A stretch of 64,000 bases of DNA from Zygnema circumcarinatum SAG 698-1b. Taxonomy: Eukaryota > Plantae > Zygnematophyceae. The stretch covers positions 682,001 through 746,000 of the forward strand of contig CM074811.1 in assembly GCA_037447605.1 (NCBI GenBank), given 5' to 3'. The translations under genes and the position numbers were made by a program. The notes beneath the pieces were generated by a model that was not told the DNA's origin, ran no database searches, and saw nothing but the letters and a program-made list of their open reading frames with translations. Below, piece after piece: positions 13,527 to 25,502 of the stretch. Numbering within the stretch: the stretch's first letter is position 1; each line of letters starts with the position of its first letter.

Positions 13527-14952
13527 TAGATGGCAAGGAAAGTGGCCCGAAGGTGGCCTGCAAAGCTGGAGTTTGGGGAAACATAGAAGGCTTGTTAGTT
13601 ATGTAAAGAATGTTTGTTGGAAAAGGGAAGGTCTTTGCCTCTGACGGGGCACAAAGCGTGGAGCCTAGGTTTGTATCTTTTGTAGTAGACTACGGTAGAC
13701 CCGGGGATTGCTTAAATGCTCAATCTTTTAACATAATGGAGGCGAAGGTGAAGGTGGCGCGTTTAAACATGCCTGGCTATGTAAGCCGTGTTGTAGGATC
13801 ACTCTCATAAACTTCGTGCATCAAGCGATTGCCCGGGGGTTGCAATTCATGGAAGAAAAAGGGCATCGTGTGGGTGAGAGGATTTTTTGATTAAGGGCAC
13901 ATGGTAGCTTGGCAACATGCGCATCATGCCACGTCATGGCATCTACCTCTGCATCATCATGTCAGACCACCTCAAATGTCTCGTTTGCTCTAATTCTTCC
14001 ATGGGAAATGATACGTTTGGAGTCTACAACTACAGTACCCGGCTTGTCACGAAGAGTCCCCATTCGGTTGTATAAACAGGGCATTCTTGCAATGTCAATG
14101 GCCAAATGGGCAGTGACAGGTTGTGGAGCTGGGCAGATAGTCTACCCTCATAGCGCGGCCTCCTTGTGCCAAGTCTTTTGCCTCCACTGACATCATAAGT
14201 GACGAAGATTGTCTGCTTTCTTCTGAAAAAATGGGCTACATGGCGCCGTTCGGTGTTGAACTTGAGCAACACAGTAAACAAAAGCCTTGGTGTAAAATTC
14301 TACGGAGATTTGACTTATTAGGGGCTTGCAGACTTAGGAGGTTTTCTTAAATTTGAAATTGAAATCAATAGGTAACTTTGGTTAACTTTGTACCGCCACC
14401 GCCGCCGCCTTGGTGTAAAGCTCACAACCTACCGGTCAAATCCGTTACTTTGCAAGGAAGGCTAACAAAGTGGGGAAAAGAAATGGAAAAAGCCATAGCC
14501 CGTGTGGATAAATTAACGTATGATTGACTCAACATTTCATACCGTTGACTGAGAGATCCCCTTCGCGGCCTTTCACTATTCCACTGTCGCCGTCGTGCAA
14601 ACATTCTGATTTCTTACTGCCAATGTTAAGTCCCAGACCTTATTACTGGTTACTAGGAACATAGAAATTCCAAACTGTGCCTGACCTACCGCTTACTAAC
14701 GATTTTGCTCTGATCTTATTGAAAAGGCACTGGCAGACGTCTGGCCAATACCAATCAGTGGTCAGAGCAGTCAAACCTCCTATGCAAGAATTGCAGCCAC
14801 GCTTACAAAAGGTAAAACCCTTTTCCAACCTAACCGCACGGCTATCGTGACAGATCGAAGCCCTACAACCTCCTCATTCATGTCTAAGTCCCTACGATTG
14901 AACCCCCAAAGCCCTTCCCTTCCCCTCCTCCCCCGTGGAAGGGGAGGTCCAA

Positions 14953-16987
14953 TCACTGCTGTTTTTGACGGAAGTCAGCAACAGCCATCGCTCTGCTGAG
15001 CTGCCTCCACGTGCGCAGGATGATGAGGAAGGGCACCACCACCCACACCGTGTTCATAAAGACGAAGTAGAACCAAAAGTAGAGGGGGTGCGGGACCGCG
15101 TGAACGAATCCCTCCAATATCTCAGTGAGGAAGTAGAGGATGCAGCCGTACAGTTGTCCTAAGGACACCATGAGCTCGAGAGTGCCTCGATAGGACTTTT
15201 GTGTCGCCAGCGCGTACCTGCACAGGAAGCACATCCAAGGTATGTAAGTAATGTGGCATTGATCTCACGATGGCGATGATGCCATTACATGTACATGGAC
15301 GAAATCATCATGGGGAACCACGAGGAACTGGTCGCAGAGGACCCAAGGACATCCAAGTTATGTCATGCCATGTCATGTCAAGCAGCAAGGGCCACTTCTC
15401 GCCTTACAGTTCCTAATTTCTAGAGGAAAATTCTCGCCACGGACTGATGATTACTGAAGGGGATTTTCTAGGCCGTGATGAATAAAAGGGGAATTCTAGC
15501 CAGGGTCCAACGACTTAAGGGAAATTCCTAGTCACGGGCTAATGACTAATTGCAAATTCCTAGCCACAGATTAATGACTAGAGGTAGGAGTTAGAGACCA
15601 CTGACTTCCCAAAAAATCATTATCCACACGTTAGTAAATATTGATTACATTTTGTTATATCATAAGACTGTCAATGCCACATGTTAATCACTTTGCAAGG
15701 GTTACCCTCACGTTATATTTTTTCAGTAGTCGTTGTTTAATTAGTAACTGTTTATGGTCAGAAAGTTTTAGTTAGTAATTATGTCTGATTACGCCTGACT
15801 ATATGAATGCAGCCTTCCATGGAGCAATGAAGGTGACCACTCACGCTGCCAGGAGGCTTCCCGGGCCTTCAAGGAATGCTGTCATCCCTTCCACGCCCAC
15901 AATGGTGCTATCGCGTATGGCGTACCTCGAGTCGCCCTTGGCGTATTCCTTCCCTGCATGCCGCCGATCACTGATGAGATGGTCTCCAGTTCTCCCGCTC
16001 ACAGTATCACGGCTACGGAGTGACCACAGTACAATGAAAGCAACTCCGTGACAAGAATGTAAAACATGCAAGCGCTATAAATTGTAGCAATTTTGTTTTT
16101 GAAGAGAACGCATGCACTGTCCTCACTCGAGGAGAGGAAGCCGGGATCGCTTCAATTACTCAGTCGTCAGGACCTTCATCCCAAAGAAGAGGCATACGCC
16201 CCACTTCACCTACTGAAAACGACTTGAGAGTTGATGCTCACTGTACGAGAGGGCCTAACAACATCGACTTCGATTCAATTCAACTTAAACTTAACCGAAA
16301 GTGAGAGAGGACAGTCCTGCTCACTCAAAAGATAGAAACGAAGTTATATATGCATTTGAAAATCATCTATAAACTATATATTCCATCTGCCTCGATCACT
16401 TGCTGTTCATATTTGGGGATGCATGTGACTCACAGACTTCAGTTGCGAAGTCTGACTGCTCTGCCGGCATCGAAAAGAGACCCGTCCTCACAACGAAGGG
16501 CCCCTCCAGCAGGATGTGGATAAGCCCCGTCACGATCCACCAGCAAAACGATAACCGCTCCACATAGCGCAGGTGCTTCCATCTGCCTGGCACGTGGCAC
16601 ACTGTACAGCTCAGCACATCTGCATTTTATAAAGCTATTTGCATCCGAATTTTTCTCTGTTTTTCCTGAACAGTTACCTGCATCCCCATTGCTTTTCTTT
16701 GTACAATGCTTTTTCTTCAGGAGCACTCACAGGGCCTGCTTAACCTTGAAGCAATGAGTGGTTCAATTTAGACCCTTTCTTCATTAGGGTTAGCTGCAGC
16801 TGCAAGGCGAGCGGCGCCGCAGGAGGAGAGCCATGGCCATGGCGGGCTCACTGGAAACGCTCCACGAGGCAGTGAGGACGACGGAGACGGCGACACCGAA
16901 GACGGCGAGAATGGCGGCCATGGACCACGCGCCCGGCACGAAGCCGGGCACGGAGAGCTCCTGCGGGTAGTACGGATGCGCCGCCAT
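14953..16987 (-). CDS. HYD1: Sterol delta8-delta7 isomerase (EBP family, HYDRA1-like; ~220 aa)
   Basis: 4 exons: 16987-16852, 16586-16434, 15953-15845, 15217-14953 (663 nt). Motifs HPYYP, WWIVTGLIHILLEGPF, WKEYAKGDSRY, VEGMTAFLEGP, QLYGCILYF, WFYFVFMNTVWVVVP. Confidence 0.95.
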
Positions 16988-17562
16988 GGCGCCCGCGCTG
17001 ATGAGGGAGAGAGGAGGGAGAGGGAGAGGGGGAGGGGGAGGGGGAGGGAAACAGAAAGTGAGAACGGAAGGAGATGAAGGCCAGCGGTTACAGGCAGACG
17101 AAAAATAACGCTGCGCTCACGATATATCGCAAATTTGGTATCCCGATACGAAATATTGCTAAAAAATATTTCGTACGTATCGAATCGGAATGTATCGAAA
17201 TATGGTGAGGCCATCACACAGTTCCAGTTCCAGTTCAAGTTCTAATTACAGTTATTCCCATTCCTACATTTCTCAAATTTTTAAAACTCCCTTCACATAG
17301 AACGTTCCATTCTATGCCCCCGGCCGTTCCTGCCCCCGCGAATCCCCGCCCCCCTGCGGCGGTTCGCACGTGCGGGAGGCCCTCACCCTATCCGCAGCAT
17401 CCCTCCTGCCAATGGCGGCTCCGCCCGCATCCGCGACCTGGGCCGGGCCGGGCCCGCCTTAGGGTTAGGAGGAGCACGAGACTTCGCCATAGCTGCTTCT
17501 GCTTGCTCACTCGCATTCCAAGAGTTTCTTCACTCTCGCTCGTCACTCACACGCCCGGAGCC

Positions 17563-18868
17563 ATGGCCGCCGTCGCTGCATCCGCTGCTCTCTCCGCCTC
17601 TTTGGCTGCTCCCGTCCAGAGGGAGTTCCAGGGGCTGAGGGCAGCTCCGGCTGCTCGCTCTCAGGTAGGGGAGGGAGTGGGAGAGAGAGGGTGGGAGGGA
17701 GAGAGATGGAGAGAGGGCGAGGTAGGCTGGAGGGGATGAGGACTTGGGTGCATTGGTGTAGGGAGACTGGGGTGGACTATGGAGGGCTGGTGGTCTAAAA
17801 GGATGGTGTGAATAAGGTGCCGGGAAGTGTCACGTAGCCCAATCTGAAAGTGCGGCATAGCTGCTGCTTTTAGGCTGGTGGAAGGAGAAATTTTTGACGT
17901 AGCCAATAAGGTTATTTCTGAAATCGCTATCATGTGATCCAAGAACTATGAGAAGACTGTTACTTGGGCACAGGCATTACTAAGAGACGAGCATTGCCTG
18001 AAACCTAATGAAATCTTACCTGAAGAAACAATGAAATGATCCCGTGTCAAAGCTTCAGTAGACCAACCTGTGGTATCAACATCTGTGAGGACTCCCGTGT
18101 TTGGCTGCTTGTTTAGTCAATTTTACTGATGTTTTAGCTATGGGAGTGGTAACCCTAAGTGAAGGCTTGCGATGGCTTGCAGGTCCTTCTGGCTTCCCGG
18201 CCAGCGAAGGGTCGCGGTGCCATGGGCGCACGATGCGACTACATTGGCTCTTCCACCAACCTGGTATGAAAATTGTCCGGAAGGCTTTGCTTGCTTTGGA
18301 ACAAAGGCATCGCCTTGTTCTCAGTACGCTTCATTAAGAACTTCTAGTGCAAAGGTTAATTCGTCTGAACAAATCTCTGTACGCCTTTTTTATTTCCTGA
18401 GTGCTGAACCTGTGCTTGCTTCAGTCTTCGGTTGCCAGAAATTGTTCCAGCATTCTATTGCTGGCCCACCGTTTTCGTTTATTGTTAAACAAACGACTTA
18501 AACTATCCCTAACCACGCTTACGAGCCACTCACACAGGCCCAATCACCTCCTGCACTGTCTGCCCCTCACAAACCCACCCTCATTGTCTGCATATATCCT
18601 CCTTCTGCCATTGACGAGTACTTCGCTTCTCCTGTTGCAGATCGTCGTGGGCTCCACCACCCTGTTCCTCATCGCCGCCCGCTTCGGCCTCGCCCCCACC
18701 GCCAACAGGGCCGCCTCTGCAGGCCTGAAGCTGAGCGAGAGGGAGACCGGCCTTCAGACCGGCGACCCCGCGGGCTTCACCGCCACTGACGTGCTCGCAT
18801 ACGGCACCATCGGACACATTGTGGGAGTCGGAACCGTGCTCGGATTGAAGGCAGTGGGAGCTCTGTAG
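17563..18868 (+). CDS. PSAK: Photosystem I subunit K precursor (~136 aa)
   Basis: Exons 17563-17664 (Ala/Ser-rich transit peptide), 18183-18263 ([12 protein letters not shown]), 18641-18868 ([18 protein letters not shown]...[24 protein letters not shown]). 411 nt, in frame. Confidence 0.96.
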
Positions 18869-19510
18869 AGTGTTTCCTCGAGGAGATATAGAACAAACAG
18901 TTTAATCTATTTTAGGGTGACTTCAGCGCTTGAGCAAGGAGCGCCCGAGCAAGAATGAGGCAACTGTGTAAAGTGTACATTTCATAGCTTGTTCGACGGC
19001 AGCACTTCGCTTCGTTTTTATGGTAATTTATGGAGAGGCGTTTCGTGATGGGTTAGTTCCCTGGCGTGAAAAATGATTCTGGAAGGGTGTCTGTCTGACC
19101 GTGTTCTTTCACCTGTTGGGTTTTTGTCTATTTTCTATTCTGGAATAATTCCAGATCACGCTCGTATTCTAAACATGAGAGTCTTTCGAAAAGACATTGT
19201 AGTTACTTTTAATATGGCGATGAATTTCTGTAAAATTGCTCATATCAAACAGCTAAACTCGAGCTCGAAGGTTGAACAACACCCTATCTGAAAATCGACA
19301 AGAGATAGAGACAATAAATTATGAAGCCAGAAGCATGTCTTATGTGGAACTGGACTGGTACCACCAAAAGTAGACGAAAGGGATCCACTTCAGCCTTTCG
19401 GGAGAAAGCACCTCTTCCTGAATCGTACGTGTCGAAATCCAACAGTCCAGATTTCCTCACATCCAATAGTTATCCACATCTGACGGTGCACTGGTGCAAT
19501 GAAATCGTCA

Positions 19511-19858
19511 ACCAACGGCTGGTTGATCATGGTTGAATCCCCTTCAGCCAAACTGCCCGTGGACGTATCCAACGGCCGTCAAGAACCGAATCCAACGGTC
19601 ATTCCTGCACGCATCGGCCACATCCCAATCCAACGGTTCCTTGTGCTCGCATAACGGTCAATTTCACCACTCAGATCCAACGGCCTTTCTCTATCCAACG
19701 GTCCTCAACAGTCAGTTCAACAGTCGTGCCGCTCCGATCCAACGGTCTTCCTTGTCCGCATCCAACGGCCCAAGTTTGCAAAATCCGCGATTCTCACATC
19801 CAACGGCTCTGAGTTCCTCGTCACCGTCAGTTTCTCCGAGAGGGAAAATCCAACGGTT
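19511..19858 (+). promoter_or_regulatory. Cluster of 11 co-oriented AACGG motifs (9 x ATCCAACGGYY), MSA/MYB3R-like
   Basis: ATCCAACGGYY at 19567, 19590, 19628, 19675, 19693, 19737, 19760, 19798 and 19848; ACCAACGGCT at 19511 and ATAACGGTCA at 19651. Spacers are unrelated to each other. The motif matches the plant MSA consensus YCYAACGGYY. The cluster is directly visible; its function is inferred. Confidence 0.6.
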
Positions 19859-20327
19859 CAGATCTTATCTACGATTCGTCGATTCCCGCATCCATACGGT
19901 TCTCTGATACAGCCAAAAATGTCAATGTCGTATCGGGGTTGTATTGATATCGTATCGTAACCAATGTATCGATCTGAGAAGCTTTGGAAACCGATCCCCT
20001 CATCGGGTCTGGTCGAATTTTTCATTGAGGACCTCTCAACTTCGTGTGCAGCTTCAAAACTTGCAAGCGTGCACTTGCAGGTTTGAATGCGGTTTGAAAT
20101 TTGAGCAGAGCAAGTTACACTGGAATCTGGCTGCCATGCCATGCATCACAACTTCGGCAGTGACATGACGCATTGGAGCCGGCCATCCGCACCACAAGCA
20201 GCCCCATGCAAACGGGCCGCCCGGAAAGTCTATCTACGGTACACTAGCACGAAATCAAACAGGTTTAAAGAAGACGAGAATTTAAGAGATGAGTTGAATC
20301 TCTGAATGGAGAACATCTATCTCGAAA

Positions 20328-20660
20328 ATGGATTGGAGGGTGCTGGCTGGTCCTTTGATTTTTCTCTGGGCGGCTGGTCTTCAGGTCGGAGAGTTATCAC
20401 TCTTTCTGCCGGTGTTGTGTGCATGGCGACTTCTATATAGTTCGAAGACACTTCACATCTGCTCAGTAATGTTCCGGCTAGTTGCGTTTTTTCAATGGCA
20501 TTTTGTTCTGTTTTATCGATGTTAACGAACTGGGTCTCTCTTCAGAGAGTCGCAGGCACATGTGTTGTGGATGCAGAGACAAGTCGCCTACAAGAAAAAG
20601 TTTGAAGGCCAGCAACGGCCAGTGTCTGAACAGCCAGCAGGGTTCGAACGCCAAGACTGA
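20328..20660 (+). CDS. Putative 53-aa single-pass membrane microprotein (unknown family)
   Basis: Exon 20328-20384 (MDWRVLAGPLIFLWAAGLQ, donor CAG|gtcgga) and exon 20556-20660 (acceptor cgcag|, AHVLWMQRQVAYKKKFEGQQRPVSEQPAGFERQD*). The join extends the hydrophobic helix and is followed by a basic YKKKF patch. Alternative acceptors at 20545 and 20576 exist. Confidence 0.55.
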
Positions 20661-21069
20661 CCTTCTCTAGTTGTGCGAGGAAACGTCTCTAAACGCTGCC
20701 TGCTCGGCGAGATCATTCATTGTATGTGATGTGTATAGTGTGTGCCTTTTTTTTAGGTTGTGACTGCAAGTACATAGTGAATCCTCGTCTAACCGTCTGC
20801 TTTTTCAGTGTTCACAGCCTGATGTTAGCTTTAGTAAGAGCTGAGAAATAAAAAGTTTCATTCGATCATTCTACTACTTTCGAAGAGCTCTGGCTGCCAT
20901 CACAACATTGCTTCCTCTGCAGTAATAGAACCTCCTTTTAAAGGCAAGAAACTCTCATCCTTTTGGAACCCTCGGAGTTTTAAACATGAGAAGATAATTC
21001 ACTGCCTACAGCGCTAACCTCGGCTGGGACTCGATTGCTACATCCGAGAAAGGAGCGAGTGTAGAAACC

Positions 21070-22072
21070 CTAATCGACGAGAAGACGCTCGTCAATGTCA
21101 AGTTGGATGAATTCGCGAGTCTCCTCCTTCTTGGGAGGCCTCGGAGGAAGGGGAGTCGGAGGAAGTCCGAGTCTCGCCCTTCCCTTGGAAGACTTGGGTC
21201 GGCACTGCTCCACAGCAAATTGCACAAAAGGAAGGATGATAAGAAATTCATCACAGACAAATCTACCACTGTGTAGAGAGAGAGAGAGAGAGAGTGTGTG
21301 ATCGAGCAGAGAGAGAGAAGGAGAGTGGGCGCGAGCGCGAGAGATAACGAGAGAGGGAGAGATCACGGGTACGAATAGAAGAAAGCCAGAGAAAAGAGGG
21401 ACTAGAGCGTGGTTAGCGCTGGGCAGGGAAGGACCAATCCCTCTCTCCATCCCTCCCTCCCTTCCTCCCTCCCTCCCTCCCTCCTTCCCTCCCTCTCGTC
21501 CTCCCTCTCTCCCACTTCTCCCCAGGTCCGAGCAGGAGCAGCAAGCCTCACATTGCCGTGCGAGCCAAGGAACCTCTTCCCCTTAGCGGTGCGCTTGTCC
21601 CCTCGGCCGCACCGCACTGCCCCCACCGCCAAACCACAGAGCGTCAGCAATCTCCGCTACTTTCAACGACATACAAAGCTTCTCTCCTCGACTTCTTTCA
21701 TGCCCAATTGAACATCTATGGGGGATGCATGAGGCCTTCACTGCTGCTTCTCCACCGCTTCCTTCACCCTCTTGCAACCGTAAACAGCAATCTGGAACCC
21801 AGACTGTCACGTCATGGCTGCACTCAGGCTCAAAAATGGATCGAATATGTCTGCAAGTGATTATGGTTCAAGAAGTCTGAGTTAAATGATCAAGAATTTT
21901 GAGTTTCACCTGATGGGTAGCAGGACGAGGAAGAAGGGAAGGCCAATGCTGAAGGAGAGGAGCAGGTGCGCGAGAGGAGGCCGCCTTCGGAGGAGGCGAC
22001 GAGAGAGGCCTGAGAAGGAACAGAGGGAGAGAGAGAAAGGAAGGTGGACGTCATGGCGGCGGGGGAAGCCAT
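21070..22072 (-). CDS. PSRP4: Plastid 30S ribosomal protein PSRP4 / bTHXc (S31) precursor (~120 aa)
   Basis: Exons 22072-21910 (Ser-rich transit peptide), 21616-21552 (VRCGRGDKRTAKGKRFLGSHGN), 21204-21070 (CRP...LPPTPLPPRPPKKEE...IQLDIDERLL*). 363 nt, in frame. GRGD-K-T-KGKRF is the bTHX signature. Confidence 0.9.
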
Positions 22073-22078
22073 GGCCAG

Positions 22079-22130
22079 TTTTAGGGTTGGCCGCCTTTTA
22101 GGGTTTGGAAGGTCCAATCGACAATGGGCT
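22079..22130 (-). promoter_or_regulatory. Telo-box (AAACCCTA) plus site II (TGGGCY) immediately upstream of the PSRP4 start
   Basis: Minus-strand AAACCCTA at 22106-22099, a second AACCCTAAAA at 22088-22079, and TGGGCT on the plus strand at 22125-22130. This pairing is typical of plant ribosomal-protein promoters. Confidence 0.45.
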
Positions 22131-24554
22131 CAGAGAGGGAAGAGAGAGGGAGGGAGGACCAATTTAGAAATTTGTCTCAGAATTTTTTACTGTGATCCGG
22201 GATTTGGAGGAACATTTTTTTTCTGGCAGAAAGTTTGGAATCGAGACCAAGAAATAGTCTATTTTAATCTGGCAGTTTCGGTGGCCAGCGGTGGAATAAA
22301 AAAAACATTACCGGATAGGGCAGACTGAAAAACGTTCTAAACGCTACCTATTGGCTACTCTTTCCACGAGGGCAGATCGAAAATTTCAGAAAATTGTCGA
22401 CTGCCATTCTGAAAATTCAAGATTATTTCTTGACTGTTAAATTATTTTCCGGGCAGGGTAAAAGTTTTCCCTCATATCCAGTTTGCTGGATAAACCATTG
22501 TCCACGTGGCGCCCCAAACGCCGGCTACGTGGCTTCTCGAGGGACAAATGTTCCTTGCTGCCCGTTTAGCGCTGTTGTTCTACTTCTCCGTTCGTGTTCA
22601 CGCTTTTACATGCAGAGCCTAGGATTTGGCACCAACACATGTGGACTTTAGTTTGGGTGTTGGTCTCTTACAACCGCGAAATTGCGACTGAGACAGGTAC
22701 ATGGAGATGCACGACGAGCTCCCCTCTGTCCATGTCGCTCTGGCCGTACCAGGGGCGTGTGCGAAGCGCTTACTATACTGTACAGTAGGACCCCGTCATA
22801 TTTTCCACCTTCGGGCGAAAATATTGTATTTGGCAAATATAAGGTCCGTGTTACCAATAGGCGAGCGGAATTATGTTAGAGTTCATGTATGTCCGTACGT
22901 ATCGTATCGTAGCGTAGCGCATCGTTTTCTGGCATATCGCATCGCATCGTACCGTATCGTATCGTGGTAAACCGTATACAGTACATGAAGCACGCCTTAG
23001 CGTTTACTGAGGCAGCAAACCAAAAAGCTTCGAGCCCGTAACGGCTACTACAGCTCGTACGGCTAGTACGGATAGTACCGTATCGGGTCGTATCGTATCG
23101 TATCGAATCCAAAAAGAAGTGGAGAAGAGCGAGCGCCTCTTACGGCGGCACTTGCGGGGAGAACAGGTGAGTTTTGCGTAAGCCCGTGACGGCTAGTACA
23201 GCTAGTACGGGTAGTACCGTTACTGTACTGTACTGTATCGGCCGTGTCGTACGGAAGTCGTAGACCAACGGCGCTCCGTGCTTGTGCGCGTTAAACACGC
23301 CGTTATCTCACAAGTGTAACAGGATCCGTTAGAGCCTACAATTCTGTGGCATGTTTGCCAGTTGCATAGCTTCCAGGGCTTGTCAAGGGTCACAAAGCTT
23401 GCAAGTGCGGCGCAAGCATGCATGCATGCATGCATGCATGGTCATGCATGGATGAAGGCCGTCGTTTGTTCGATTAGGTGTTGTTTGATGTCGTGTGGCG
23501 GAGCAAGCGGCGCTCATCGCCCCATATGGGTGGGCGCTCGTGGTTCTTGTAGCGTGCACGTTTCCTCAATGGCAGCCTCCAGTGAAGGCCATTCACAAGG
23601 CGCATGTGAACACAGCACAGCCTTTGGAAAGCACGTGCTGAAAGAACCCGAAAGCTGCCTCACGAGTGAGTGTGTTTTGCGAGTTCTTGCATTGCCAGTT
23701 CACGCCTGGTCCGAGCGGGGGGGATTCGTCGCATCGCCGCTACCTTCAAATGGTCCGTCACGTACGTCTCGGGAGCCCCTTTTCCCCACCACCAGGCCGC
23801 ACCCATAAATGAGTAAGATGTCGATGTTGTTGATTGTTCTACCTTGAAACTTCAGCAAGGGAGCCGGCGAGTCTCGCTTCCGTACGTGCTCCTCACGGCC
23901 CAGTCTCAGTGCGCGCTAGGACGAGTCACGGATCCGGGATTTGATCTGGCACGTGCGAAGGCGAGAAGGGGCGAGCGACGGATCGAGCGGCCATGGCGGT
24001 CCCCTCCCTTCCCTTCCCCTCCCCTCCCCCCCCGTCCCCTGGCGCCGGGCGGGCGGTCCTCTAGGTCGGTGGCGCCTGCCTGCCTGCCTGCCCGCGTGTC
24101 GGTGCCGCAGCGCCCGCCCATCGCTGGTCGGTGGCCGGACAGGTCTGAAAGGCGCGCCTGCGAGGGAGGATTGGCTGCGATCTCGCGACGGCGGTGCCAT
24201 CCAATGGACAACGCGGGGAACCGCTGTGACATGGAATGATATGTTAGTGTTTGCTCCGCCCACAATGTCATCATGTGTACAATGTGCTCAAATTATGTAG
24301 TAGGGTGGCATCATACTCACGTGCTGTTGTTAGACAAGGACAAGTTGTACAATGTACTCATGTCTAACTGCCCTAGAGAGGCCTGCCCGTCCGGGACAAG
24401 GACTGGCAGGCGGGATGCGCTGTTCCTTGCGCCGTTGTCACACGCTTTCCCGTTACCTATCACGACGCTCAGTAAACCGGAGCCTACATTTAAGCCAGTC
24501 AGGAGGCGCCATCTGTCCTGACAACTGGACCCGTCGACGACGCCATTTATTGTT

Positions 24555-25502
24555 GGGTAGTGATATTTCCACCCCTTTTTTGGATCCAAACACCCCTTCC
24601 CGGCCGGGCAGATTTCAAAAAGGATTAAAAACGGAAAATGCTTTTTTTCACCTTTTTGGAATCGATACCCACCCTCCATCGGCAGATTTTATTTTTGCGA
24701 AACAAGGAAATAACGGGTCAACCCATTTTGAATATCCCGCCTACCTGAATTTTTTTTCACGCGTGCGGTCAATCGCAGCCGTCGATTCATTCGCAGATCG
24801 CAACACGGCAGATCACTATTTGATCTGCAGCCGGGCTCGGTCACAGCGAATGGCACGTGCCCACGTATCCCGCCAAACTCGTCCCAAATGTTTGTCCGTA
24901 CACATTTCGTACGGTCGCAACTTTGAGGAACCCAATATTTCGTACATTGAGAGCTTGGACCCAATCAACGTTTTCCACGTCAAAAAAGTAACACATGGCA
25001 GATGTTGATTGGCTGAAAGCTGGCAATGCACGAGATCTCGGGCCGAGGGACGCGCGCACTCGCACGTGCGATCCCCGGCTTTGGCGGGACTCGTGGGCGC
25101 ATTCCATTCGCTAAGATCGAGCCCGGCTGCAGATCGAACGGTGATTTGCAGTGGTGTGATCTGCGAGGGAATCGACAGCTGCGATTGACACACACGTGTG
25201 AAGGACGGACACCCGCGAACGATCTCGTGGCGGACGGATCTTCCGCTCCGAGCGGATTCGAGCAGGCAGAAATTTCTTTCCCTCAAAAAAACAAATCAGG
25301 GAGGCGGGATACAGTATTCAAAATGCGGTGACGGGGTATCATTTTCCTTGGTTAGCAAAAATAAAATCAGCCGACGGATGAAGGTGGGTATCGATTCCAA
25401 AAAGGTGTGAAAAAAGCATTTTCCGTTTTTAATCCCTTTTGAAATCTGCCCGGCCGGGAAGGGGTGTTTGGATCCAAAAAAGGGGTGGAAATATCACTAC
25501 CC
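24555..25502. mobile_element. Non-autonomous foldback/MITE family A, copy 1 (948 bp)
   Basis: TIR GGGTAGTGATATTTCCACCCCTTTTTTGGATCC... about 110 bp near-perfect, with degenerate symmetry continuing for several hundred bp. Exact 8-bp TSD TTATTGTT at 24547-24554 and 25503-25510. No coding capacity recognised. Confidence 0.92.

Noticed and set aside
23704-23714. 11-nt match (TCGGACCAGGC, minus strand) to the 5' end of miR165/166
   Set aside because: The rest of the mature sequence does not match and I saw no hairpin partner. An 11-mer hit to one of many conserved miRNAs is expected by chance in 128 kb of both strands.
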